Assembly (NCBI GenBank): GCA_000004695.1
Contig: CM000153.2
Coordinates: 2,848,001 to 2,912,000, forward strand
Length of the DNA stretch: 64,000 nt
Direction: 5' to 3'
Origin: Dictyostelium discoideum
Lineage: Eukaryota
This document shows, piece after piece, positions 14,240-25,115 of this stretch (the stretch's first letter is position 1; each line of letters opens with the position of its first letter). The notes beneath the pieces were generated by a model. That model was given only the letters and a program-made list of their open reading frames with translations, ran no database searches and was not told the DNA's origin. Both the position numbers and the translations under genes were made by a program.

Positions 14240-15214
14240 TTAATTAAATATGTCATATTTTAATAAATCAATATTGGGAGGAATTGTTGATGGATCAATT
14301 GAAAAATATTGAGAACCTCTATATCTTAATTCAACACATGAAGTTGGAATTGTATTTTTTTCAATCTTTCTAATTTTATTTGCATAAAATGAAGAACCAA
14401 TATTTAAATTTGTTATAGAATGAGGTAATACATTTGGTTCAATAACTCGTTTATAATGTATTGATAATTTTAATGTTTTGACACTATTTGGAATGGAACC
14501 TATCTTAAAGTTCCTATTGAAATTTTGACCAAATGTTAATTCAATACAAGAAGAAGGAATTACATCACTATCAATATCTTGATCAAACAATGACCCAAAT
14601 GTAATAGATAAAACTCCATTAGGAATTGAACCTTTTTTTAGGGGTTTATTAAACGAACTTCCAAATGTTAAATATTTAATTGATGAAGGAAAATCGTCAA
14701 TTTCAATCGATTGATTGAAGCCGTTCCCAAGTGTTAAATTTGTAACTGAATTTGGAATAATTCCTTTACAAAGTGGTAAATTATAATGATGATCCAACTC
14801 TAAACAAGTTACTGATGATGGTATAAATCCTGGACGAACAGCCAAAACACATTCTTTCAAACGAGAGGTTAACTTTAAATATTTAATTGAATACTTTGGT
14901 AATTCTTTTGGTTTTTTTTCAACTTCAATTATTTCAGGAAAGAAAGAACTCTTTACTGGAAGTACATTCCTTAATATTATTTTACTAAAATAATCCCTAA
15001 ATCTATTTTTATTTAAACCCTCCAATGTAATTGTACGCCAACCTCGATTAGCAAGATAATATTTTATTGTTTCGAATATATAATTTCTTAAATATTTGTT
15101 CCTCCAAATTTTAAAGAATAAAACTGTAGATCTCTCATTATCTTCATCTGATTTAATATCTTCATTTTCTTTAATAATTAAGTTTAATAAAATACTATAA
15201 TTTGATTCCTCCAT
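14240..15214 (-). CDS. FNIP-repeat-containing protein (324 aa, single exon)
   Basis: The periodic motif IP.SV..L.FG..FN..I/L is repeated about 8 times (IPNSVTNLTLGNGFNQSI, IPNGVLSITFGSLFDQDI, and so on). This is characteristic of the Dictyostelium FNIP repeat family. Confidence 0.7.
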   Translation of the reverse strand: MEESNYSILLNLIIKENEDIKSDEDNERSTVLFFKIWRNKYLRNYIFETIKYYLANRGWRTITLEGLNKNRFRDYFSKIILRNVLPVKSSFFPEIIEVEKKPKELPKYSIKYLKLTSRLKECVLAVRPGFIPSSVTCLELDHHYNLPLCKGIIPNSVTNLTLGNGFNQSIEIDDFPSSIKYLTFGSSFNKPLKKGSIPNGVLSITFGSLFDQDIDSDVIPSSCIELTFGQNFNRNFKIGSIPNSVKTLKLSIHYKRVIEPNVLPHSITNLNIGSSFYANKIRKIEKNTIPTSCVELRYRGSQYFSIDPSTIPPNIDLLKYDIFN

Positions 15215-15550
15215 TATGTTTTAAAAAAAATAAAAAAAAAATAAAAAAAAAATCATGATTTCAAAAATAAAAAAAATCTAAAAAAAAATTTTTTAATTAA
15301 AGAAATACTTTTTTTATTTTTAATTTATAAAACAATACTTTTATTTTTAAAAGAATATAACAAAAAATAAATAAATGTTATTCCCTTTAAAAAAAAAAAA
15401 AAAAAAAAAAAAAGAAAGGAAAAAAAGTTTATAATTTATAAAATGATTTCTGGGATTTTTTTTTTTTTTTTTTTTTTATCGAAAGTGGGATAATATTTTT
15501 TTTTATGGAAAAAAAAAGTTTATTATGGTTGTGCTATTTGAGTTGGTAGT

Positions 15551-15567
15551 GTATGTATGTATGTATG

Positions 15568-15597
<30 letters not shown>
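15551..15597. repeat. (ATGT)n tetranucleotide microsatellite, about 12 units
   Basis: gtatgtatgtatgt... seen directly, between the FNIP gene and the alpha-SNAP gene. Confidence 0.9.
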
Positions 15598-15598
<1 letters not shown>

Positions 15599-15726
15599 GT
15601 GTAAAGTTTTAAAACTGATTATTTAACAAGTGAAAGAAGTTGTATATTATTGATTGAATCCTGGTTTTTTTTTTTTTTTTTTTTTTTAAAAAAATTTTTT
15701 ATTATTACTATTATTACTATTTAATT

Positions 15727-16850
15727 TTAAACGACAGATTCAGTTTCACGGTTGATGGTGTTTTTAATTCTTAATAAAATTGAAGTTTTCCATGAATCTA
15801 ATGGGCTGATTGAATTGAATTCTGCAACTTCATTTGTAAAATCTTCTACATTATTATTTCTACATGCTTGAATAATACCATCTAAAAGACGGCATTCCCT
15901 AGTTGAATTGAATGATGCTTGCATATCCTTATATCTTTGTAAAGCACGTTCTGCTCCAACAACATCCTTTTTTAAAAAAAAAAAATAAAAAAAATAAAAA
16001 ATAAAATTATTAATAATACTATTACTTTTTTTTTTTTTTTTTTTTTTTGTATATAAAATAAAATAATAATTACATCAGCAGCTAAATAACATAAACAAGC
16101 ACGAAGGAAATATTCTTTACAACCCCATTGAGTTAAATTATTATCTAAAGATGCAGCTGCAACTTGTTCATAGATTTCAATTGATTTCTCATAACGCTCT
16201 AATTGAGCAGAGAAGAGTGCAATCTTTAAAAGACATTGATGAGATGAAACTGTTGAATTTTCACCATCGAAATAATCGGATGCAATTTGATAACTTGCAA
16301 TTGCTTGATCGAAATCGCCTTCAGCTTCATATAATTCAGCAATTTCTTTTTGATGTTTGGCTGAAATTGCAAAACGACCTTCATCTGTGTAGTATTCAAT
16401 GGCTGCTTTCAAACATGTGATTGCATCTATAACATTTCCTTTTTTATAACAACCTGCTGCTAAAACATAACTTGATGCTGCATCATGTTTACTTGATCCC
16501 TTTAAAAAGCATTCTGCTGCTTTTTGAAATGCTGCACCTGCTTGATCCCCTGTTTATTATTTATTATTATTATTTTTTTAAAAAAAATAAATTAAAATAT
16601 ATACATAAATATATATATCCTCTACTTTATATTTCAATAGTTGATTGTTTTTTTTTTTGTTTTTTATATATATTTATTATGATTATTTACATTTCTTTGA
16701 CATTTTAAATAAATTTGCTGCCTTTGTATAATCTGAAGCTGCATCGTCGTATCTTGAAGAACCACCACCAAACATTTTAAAGAAGTTACCACCTCTTAAT
16801 CTTTTATCAGCGGCATCTAAAAATTCTTTAGCTTTTGCATCATCACCCAT
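15727..16850 (-). CDS. snpA: alpha-soluble NSF attachment protein (alpha-SNAP/Sec17), 3 exons: complement(join(15727..15966,16074..16549,16691..16850)); 291 aa
   Basis: MGDDAKAKEFLDAADKRLRGGNFFKMFGGGSSRYDDAASDYTKAANLFKMSKK|WDQAGAAFQKAAECFLKGSSKHDAA...KAAIEYYTDEGRF...YLAAD|DVVGAERALQRYKDMQASFNSTRECRLLD...LDSWKTSILLRIK matches alpha-SNAP along its whole length. Donors are GTAAAT and GTAATT; acceptors are aaacag and aaaaag. Phases 1/0 are consistent. The antisense ORFs 16151..16420 and 16472..16708 are spurious. Confidence 0.85.
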
Positions 16851-16933
16851 TTTATTTATTTATTTTATATATATATATCTATATACTATTGAAAACTTTT
16901 TTTTTTTTTTTTTCTAAAAATTTATGTGGTTTT

Positions 16934-16971
<38 letters not shown>

Positions 16972-17187
16972 AATTTTGGTTATAGTAAATGGTAAAAAAA
17001 AATTAAAAAAATAAAAAAAAAAAAAAATAAAAAAAACGATAGTGTGGTACGTGGTGAAATTTTAATTAAAATTAATTTGGGCGTTTGTGTGTAAAAATAA
17101 AATAAATAAAAATATAATGGTTGTATATAAATAAATGTGGATATTTATTGTGTTAAAAATAAAATATTTTATATATTTAAAAAAAGA

Positions 17188-17218
<31 letters not shown>

Positions 17219-17713
17219 TATAAAAGAAAAAAAAAAAATTAGTATTAATTATTAATGGTAAAGAATAAAGGTAGTTGAATACATACAAAAAATTCTATAT
17301 CGATTTGAGGAGAAAATAAAAAAAAAAAAATTAAAAAAAAATAAAAAAAAGAAATTTAAAAAAAAAAAAATAAAAAATAAAAAAAAAAATAAAAAAAAAA
17401 AAAAATAAAAATAAAATTATGTCACCAGACAATTTTTAGAATTTGGATTCTTGTTATAAATTATAATTTATTTGATTTTATTTGAATTTAATATATTTAT
17501 TTATAAAATAGTATATTTGAATAATTTTTAATTTTTTTTTTTTTTTTTAAATTTTTTTTTTTTATTTATTTATTTTGTTTTTGATAATTTAAATATAAAT
17601 TTTTTTTTTTTTTTTTTTTTAATTTTTAAAAAAATAAATTTGTTCTCGGGGGCCCTTGGGGTTTGGCAATATTTATTTTAAATTTGATGGAATTTGTAAT
17701 TGTTTTTTTTTTT

Positions 17714-17756
<43 letters not shown>

Positions 17757-17822
17757 GAATTTTAATTTTTTATTTTATTTTATAAATGAATGTTGGTGTG
17801 AAAATTAATATCTTTAGCGAAT

Positions 17823-17855
<33 letters not shown>

Positions 17856-17897
17856 ACAAAAGAAAATATAATAATAATAATAATAATATAAAATTAA

Positions 17898-19728
17898 ATG
17901 TGTACATTAAGAGCACTTTGGGTGTTAAAAGAGAATAGTAATGGAGGTACAGAGATTATATTATCAAAAAGAATAAATACAGTTGAGAATAGAGTTAGAG
18001 CATTATCAGGTTCAAATTATAATCCAATACCAATTGATAGTGAATTAATAGCATTATTTAATACAGAATTAATAAAGGATTCACAAGGTTATTCAACAGG
18101 TCAAACATCACCAATTTCATTACAACAACAACAACAAACACCTCTTCAAACACAAACATCATCATCATTATTATCAGCATCAATGGCATCGAAACAACAA
18201 AATCAACAAACAACTACCACAATCACTAATTTAAATTCATCAGCATTAAGTTTAGTTAAAGTATATACAAATACACCAAATACACATGTAATATCATTAA
18301 ATCAAGAAAGACTTTGGCCATTTATTTATATAAAAAAGAAAAACCTTTATTTTATAACTATACCTGTTATTGAAGAATTTTTAGTTTCAAATAGAAAACC
18401 ATCATTAATAGATTTGTAAGTGAATTATCATTATTTATTTATTAAATAAATTGAATATTATAATTAATAATTTTATTTATTTTATTAGACCATCAATAAC
18501 AGCAGCATTAAATTTTTTAGAAGAAACATCAATTTATATGATTGGGTTTTTAAATAAACCGCCACCATATCCAGAGTTACAAGTATTTTTAACCAATATA
18601 ATACCATTTGGTCAACCAATTGATACCAATTTCAATAATGTTAAAGCAATGATTAGACAAGGATTTCCAAGTGTTGAAACGTTTCAACAAAAGAGACCAG
18701 CATGGAAACCATTTTTACATAAAGGTAAACAACAATTGGATTTTATAATCAGTGAAACTATTCAATGTATATTGTATGATAATCCAAGTATACCCGATGT
18801 TTCAAAGGTGTCAGGATCATTGATTTGTAAAGCCGATTTAGAGGGTATGCCAGAAGTATCATTTTATTTACAACCAACCATTGCAGCCACTGGCAGTGGT
18901 GTCGGTGGTATCATTGGTCAGAATGAACCAGTTATCACCAATCTAGCTATAGATTCAACCGTTCAAACCACATCCGATATCAATATAAATAATAAGATCT
19001 CATTTTTTAATCCACCATTGGACCATTTCAAATTGCTATCTTATGGCGTTCAGGGTATAAAAGCAGTACCGTTAAGAGGTTTCTATCAAATGAAAGAAAC
19101 CTCGGCAAACTCTATCAAGGTATTAATTCAATTGAAATTAAATAGTGAAATGAATAATTCATTCGATTATTGTTTATTGAAAATTCCATTCAAAAATCGT
19201 AGTAACATCATACAGGTAAATGCTTCACCAACTACTGGTTCCATATTTATCGATCATTCTTTAAAGGCAATCATTTGGAATATTGGTCAAAAGTTTACTG
19301 GTCGTAATTTAGAGGTTGCTTTACCAATGGAAATTGTTTTCTCAAGTGTTCCAACCAATTTAATACCACAACCTCCACCTCAACCACCAACTTTAATCGT
19401 CAGTAGTAGTAGTGGAAATCAAAATGTAACCGCTTTTCCAAAACAAGATCAATCATTTCCAATCATTGATTCTTCTCCTTCCGATCAGGAGGATTGTTAT
19501 TCCCCTGATCCATTTTGTACAGGTTCAAACTCTTTTGTTCGTATTTATTTCAAAATTCAAAATTGTACTCTTAGTGGTTTGAATATTGATCCAAAGAAAG
19601 TGGTAATCTATCCAACAAATAAATTCAAATTAAATATTGAACGTGAAGTTTTAAGTTCAGAATATATCATTTGGAATTCTTTAGGTAGTTCAAAATATTC
19701 TTATCAACCTTCCTCCTCTTCAAAATAA
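17898..19728 (+). CDS. ap5m1: AP-5 adaptor complex mu subunit (MUDENG/AP5M1 homologue), 2 exons: join(17898..18415,18489..19728)
   Basis: Conserved blocks against human AP5M1: RALWVLKEN...SKRINTVENRVRALSGSNYNPIPID; ERLWPFIYIKKKNLYFITIPVIEE; QKRPAWKP..HKGKQQLDFIISETIQCILYD; CKADLEGMPEVSFYLQP; GFYQMKE...IQLKLNSEMNNSFDYCLLKIPFKNRS; IIWNIGQKF; DPFCTGSNSFVRIYFKIQNCTLSGLNID...YIIWNS. The GTAAGT donor sits at 18416. The tttattag acceptor joins phase 2. Confidence 0.7.
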
Positions 19729-20304
19729 AAATAATATCTTTTTTTTAAAATTAATAAAAAAAAAAAAAAAAAAAAAAAAATATGTGAAAATATCTTGTTT
19801 AAGTTTTTTGTTTTAAAACAAGAAATAATATATGTCAACCCTTTTAAATTTTAGAATATATTTTTTAACATTATCTATGATGAAATAGTATATAGGGCTA
19901 ATAGTTTCAAACTAAATCTTTACTTTCTTGGAGTGAACAACTTTTGTTTGACACCCCAAAAATAATTTGATTAACAGATTGATTATTTTTAGATGATCAA
20001 TTTTTTTTGGGGTTTTTTTGAGTGGTGACAAACCCTAGAAAAAAAAAAAAAAAAAAAACAGTCAAAATATCTTTTTTTTTTCTTTAAGTTTCTGACATTT
20101 TCATGGAAGAATTTGAAATTGTTTTTTTTTTTTTATTTTTATTTTTTTTTCAATTTTAAAAACCAACAATAACGCAGAAACTTATTTTCAATTTTTTTTT
20201 TTTTTTTTTTTTTTATTAATTTTAAACCTTTTTTTTTTCTTTTTTTTTCCTTTCTTTTTCTTTTTTTTTTTTGTTCCTAAATTTTCTAGATCTATTCATA
20301 TAAA

Positions 20305-20509
20305 ATGAAAACAGATTATGTTCCATTAAAAGAAGAAAATTCTTCATTCCACAATGAAAATTTAAATAATAATAATAATATTATCCATAACAATGTAAAT
20401 ACTATATATACACCTCAAATTGCAAAATTAGAGACACATTTTGGTGATGGTAATCAAACATTTGCAGCACCAGTTTATGCTCAACCATTAGCACCACAAA
20501 TGTTCCAAG

Positions 20510-20544
<35 letters not shown>

Positions 20545-20730
20545 TACTACACACAACATCAACAACCACAACAACAATACTACCCACAACAACATCAACA
20601 TCAACCACAACAAATGATGCTTCAAACTCCACAACAATATTACCCACCTCCAAGTGTTATTGTTAAAACTATTCCTGCTCAAGATGAATCTCATTTTAAT
20701 TCTTCATTGATTTTTTTTGTTCTTGGTGTG

Positions 20731-20770
<40 letters not shown>

Positions 20771-21036
20771 ATAATAATAATTAAAATAATAAAAAAATAA
20801 AGTAAAATAAAATAAAATAAAATAAAAACTAATTATTTTTATTAAATACATATTTGTTAGGTTTCTTTATTTCTTGCTTATGGTTAATTAATATTCGTTA
20901 CTTAAAATCAAGAAATAAGAATGCAAAAACTCTAGCCACTGTTTCAATTGTTATGTTTTTCGTTTATCTAGTTTTTGTTTTCATATTGGTTGTTGCATCT
21001 ACTAGTGTATCATATAATAGTCGATACTATCAATAA
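20305..21036 (+). CDS. Gln/Pro-rich protein with a C-terminal two-helix membrane hairpin, possibly CD225/dispanin-like; tentative 2 exons join(20305..20725,20861..21036)
   Basis: N-terminal Q/P/Y-rich region (QQYYPQQHQHQPQQ...YYPPP). The C-terminal part, FFISCLWLINIRYLKSRNKNAKTLATVSIVMFFVYLVFVFIL, has two hydrophobic helices flanking a basic loop. The splice (gtgtgt donor, tgttag acceptor) is the only in-frame join I could find. The family assignment is weak. Confidence 0.4.
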
Positions 21037-21432
21037 AAATTCTTTTTTAATGTCAAATGTTTGAAAAAATAAAATTAAAAAAATAAAATAAAACAGATTT
21101 GATTAATATATTTTTGATTTAAAAATTAAAAAATAAAAATAAAAAATTAAAAAAAAAAAAAAAAAAGGTAATAACTATTTAAGTGTCAAATTTTAACATC
21201 TTAAATTTTTTTCTCCTAAAAAGTAAATTATTAAAATTTATCCTTTTTATAGTTTTTATATAAATATGGAAAATGAAGATGCATTTGGACTTAAATTTTT
21301 AGGAATTTTTTTTTTTTTTTAATCTTAAAAAAAAAAAAAGAGGGATGCCAATTTTTGGTAAACTATTTAAAAAAAAAAAAAAAACAAAAAATTTAATAAA
21401 TAATTTTCTAAAAAGTAAAAAAAAAAGAAATT

Positions 21433-22475
21433 ATGGACTACCAAACTCAATTAAATAACTTTTTAAAAAAGACAAGATTTAATCTTTTACAATTTGATAT
21501 TCAAAATAACAATAATGACCCAAAAAATACTCTATACAAAGTAATAAAAAAAATTATAATACTAATAAAATAATTTAATTAAAAAATATAAAACTAATAT
21601 TAATTTTTTATTTTTTTATTTTTTTTTTTTTTTAAATTTAAAAGGCAAATTTAAAATTAATAATTGAAAATAAACCATTATGTGGAGAATCAAATTGGGA
21701 ATCATCAATTGAAGAAGCAAAAAATCAATGCTCTAAAAGAGTATATGATTTTTTGATTTCTGAACCTCATTTTGATATAAATAAACCACCAGAAATAGAA
21801 CCATTATTAAAGAAAAGAAATATTTTATTTTTTTCAATAATTCTTAACTATATTTTATTTATTGTTAATTTCCCAAAAGGAGTTTATTTCTTTCTACCAT
21901 TTTTTATATTAATCTCAATATTTTTGATAGTACCTTGGATATTGTATGGAAACAAGAGAATTTTAATGAGCACTGGAAATAGGGTGATTGTTAGAACTGA
22001 TAAATCATATGAAACATTTATTTTACCAATTAAATATGTAAATCATAGAGATCTCGTAATAGATATCTCAAATGGTAATTCTGAAAATCAAGATATTGAC
22101 CAATTAAACTTTTTAGCAATTGCAAAGAATAATATAATATTAAATTTAATTCAAACTCAAGATATTGGTAATGAAAGTCCAATTTATAAAATTGTTCCAG
22201 GTTGTGGACATAGAGTAAGAAAGTCATCAGGAGGATCATATTCATGTTTAGTAAAAATAATAAAAAATGGTAAACAGTTATATTATCATAGTACTGATGT
22301 TTCAGAGGATTCATTTTTTCAAACTTCAATACCAATTTTCAAAGTTATGTCAAAAAGTGGAGTTCATTACTTTCCAGAACAATACTCAAAACCAATTGAA
22401 ATGAATTCTTTTGAAAGGTATCAAACTATAATTTCAATTTTTTACAATTATTTAATTTGTTTTTTTTATTTTTAG
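21433..22475 (+). CDS. hypothetical membrane-anchored protein (paralogue 1 of a tandem pair), 2 exons: join(21433..21540,21645..22475)
   Basis: MDYQTQLNNFLKK...TLYK|ANLKLIIENKPLCGESNWESS...ISEPHF... then a hydrophobic segment FFSIILNYILFIVNF...FFILISIFLIVPWILY and a conserved C-terminal region (..GVHYFPEQY). It has a GTAATA donor and an aaaag acceptor. It is paralogous to 23896..24963. Confidence 0.5.
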
Positions 22476-22919
22476 AATAAAATAAAATAAATATTTAGCA
22501 GATTTTTAAAAAAAAAGATATTATAGAATAAGAAATGATGTAAAGTTTTAAAATAATTGGGGTTTAAATTATTTTTTTAAAAAAATAATTTATTTTTACC
22601 ATTTAAAATTGGATAGGTTAAAGATCAGAATTATTATACAGTGTATTGAGTATAGAGTTTACAATAAATTAATACATTTATTATAACCATATATTTTTTT
22701 ATTTATTTTTATTTATTTTTTTTATTTATTTTATTTTTTTTTATTTTTTTATTTTTTTATTTTATCTTATTTTATTTTTTTTTTTTCATTATTTATATGA
22801 TTAACATTGTTTTTAAAATAATTCCAAACCAAATTATTAACTATTTTACCAATAATAAAATTATTTTAATAAAATAACCATAGTAGTTTTATTATTTTGA
22901 TATTATTATAACACAGCAA

Positions 22920-23290
22920 AGAAAAATGAACCTTTAAAGCAAATTTAAAGCAAAGTTGATTTAAATTGGATTTAAATTGAATTTAAAGCCGCGTTTAAAA
23001 AATTCATTTTTAAGGTAATTTTTAAGGTAATTTTTTAGATATTTAAAAATGCCTTTAAAATTTGCTTTAAAATAAATTTTTAAGCAATTTTAAAGGTGAT
23101 TTTAAAGGTAATTTTAAAGGTGATTTTTAAGGTAATTTTTAAGATAATTTTTAAGATATTTAAAAATACCTTTAAAATTTATTTTAAATTAATTTTAAAT
23201 AGGATTTAAAGTAGATTTAAAGTAGATTTAAAGTGAATTTAAATTTCCTTTAAACATAAATTTAAGGTTTTTAATAAAAAAGATCTAATT
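22920..23290. repeat. complex imperfect-dyad repeat built from about 20-bp units of ttaaaggtaatttt / tttaaagcaaat and their complements
   Basis: The left half (aaagcaaatttaaagcaaagttgatttaaattggatttaaattgaatttaaag...) is mirrored by the right half (...ggatttaaagtagatttaaagtagatttaaagtgaatttaaatttcctttaaac), around a centre of tandem ggtaattttaaaggtgatttt units. It lies immediately next to the inverted retroelement module. Confidence 0.6.
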
Positions 23291-23309
23291 TTAGAACAAA
23301 AAATGGGGA

Positions 23310-23700
23310 TATTTTTTTTTTTTTGAATTGGATAACGCAATTATTATTTGCTTCTCCTTGAGATGCTAGATCTCATTTTATTTTATTTATTTATTTTTTT
23401 TTTACAGGGTCTCTAAAAGAGGGGTTGGTTTACCTTTTTTTTTTTTTTTTTTTTTTTGTTTCGAATTTTGAATTGTATTATTACTTTTGATTAAAACATC
23501 TTTTTTGTCCAAACTTTTTTCTAAATCTTTTTTTATTTTATCGTCTGGTTCGTGATTGATGTTTATGACGTATTTGAATTGTTTTTATCATTCAGGTAAA
23601 ATTTAAAAAGACTGAATTGTTTTTTCAGTTTATTTCTCATTTTCAACAGTGGTGAATGTGGTCAGTCTGCACACTAAAAAAAAAAAAAAAAAAAATTAAA
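23310..23700 (-). mobile_element. inverted (minus-strand) copy of the retroelement 3'-UTR module seen at 1936-2130, plus about 190 bp of adjoining element-like sequence
   Basis: 23321-23505 is the reverse complement of 1936-2110. It includes ggtaaaccaacccctcttttagagaccctgt, the gagatctagcatctcaaggagaagcaaataataattgcgttatccaattc block and the internal poly(A)s. There is no ORF, so it is a 5'-truncated or solo 3' fragment. Confidence 0.55.
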
Positions 23701-23895
23701 TCAAAATAAATAAAATTTAAATAGGTTACCCCCACACAATTATTATTTTTTCTGAATAAAATTTTTAAATAAAAATAATAAAAAAATAAAAATATTTACA
23801 CCAACTTTTCATTTTTTCATAAAATTTATTATTTTTTTTGATTTTAGACTTTTAAATACCAAAAACTGATATCGAGTCTACTAAACCAATTCCAT

Positions 23896-24963
23896 TTAAA
23901 ATGGATATCCCGAAAACAGAATTTGAAAAAAAATCAAAAAGGTTTATGGAAAAGATTGGTGTGGAATATAATGAGATGAAAGTAAACAATATAGAACGAT
24001 CTGTAGAAAACCAAAAACAATACATGGTAATTTTAAAATAATTTGATTTTTTGTATAAAAATTTGTAATAAAAACCATTAATCTTTTTTTTTTTTTTTTA
24101 CTTTTTTTTTTTTCAATAGATTGAAGTATTGTTTAGTTTAAGAGGCCGACAGTTAAGAAAATGTTCAGACTGGTTTGATTTCAAAGGTATCAGAAAATGA
24201 TTGTTTAAGGGTAATAAAAAATTATTTTAAAATTCAACCAAATTATATACCAAATTCAAAGTATGGAAAAAAGTTTTTATGTAAAAACAAAGAAATCATT
24301 TTATTTTCTTAATTGATTATCATAATGGGTTATTTAGAAAAAAAAGTTTTTTTTTTTATATTTCCAATCTTAATTATTATATTCCTATTGGGAATGATTC
24401 AATTTATAAAATATAAAAACAATGAAATAATTGAATGTTTAAGTGATAGTGTTAATGTAAGATACGATTTATCATACTACAAATATAAATTACCAAGAAA
24501 ATACATAAGAGATAAAGAATACTTAATTGTTCTATCCAATGGTAAACTAGAAGCTAATCAAGTTAATTCCGATGAAAAACTAGTTGTTGCCACAGAAGAT
24601 ATAAAATTAGATTTAGTAAAACTTTATGGTGATTCAAATGAATTTCAAACTTTTACAATTAAAAAAGAAGATGCTTTTAGAAGGAGAAAAATAAGGATGG
24701 GTTCAGAAAAACAATATATGGCATCAATGGTAATTACCAAAGAAGATGGTACTGTATTAACATACACTAACAATTCAATCCCTAAAAATTCTTTTAAAAA
24801 TTATAAGGTCGAAACTATTAAAGTCTTAACAAAGCATGGTTTTCATTTCTTTCCAACTAGTTTTATAGGAAGAAAAAAAATAAATAATTTAAAAAAATTT
24901 AAAATTATTTTCTCTATTCAATGTTATAGATTAATTTCTTTTATTAAAAATAAAATTATATAA
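23896..24963 (+). CDS. hypothetical membrane-anchored protein (paralogue 2), tentative 3 exons: join(23896..24021,24120..24186,24338..24963). The minimal model is the single ORF 24313..24963.
   Basis: The C-terminal 200 aa align with paralogue 1: NVRYDLSYYKYKLPRKYIRDKEYLIVLSNG versus VIVRTDKSYETFILPIKYVNHRDLVIDISNG, and ..GFHFFPTSF versus ..GVHYFPEQY. The upstream exons, MDIPKTEF...KQYM|IEVLFSLRGRQLRKCSDWFDFK|EKKVFFF, join in frame through GTAATT and GTATCA donors and caatag and tatttag acceptors. Confidence 0.4.
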
Positions 24964-25115
24964 ATACAACTCGCACATGCATTAATAATTTATAAAAATA
25001 AATAAACTACTCTACATAATATTAAATTTATTATTTAATATATTTATATTTATATTTATATTTATATTTATATATATTTATATTTATATATTTATATATT
25101 TAAATATTTTATTTA

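Noticed and set aside
16151-16708. Plus-strand ORFs 16151..16420 and 16472..16708
   Set aside because: They are antisense to the well-supported alpha-SNAP exons and intron, with no homology. They are an incidental open frame opposite a real gene.
20402-20694. Minus-strand ORFs 20402..20653 and 20488..20694 (poly-V and poly-L)
   Set aside because: They are antisense to the CAA-rich Gln tract of the 20305 gene. They are low-complexity mirror ORFs.
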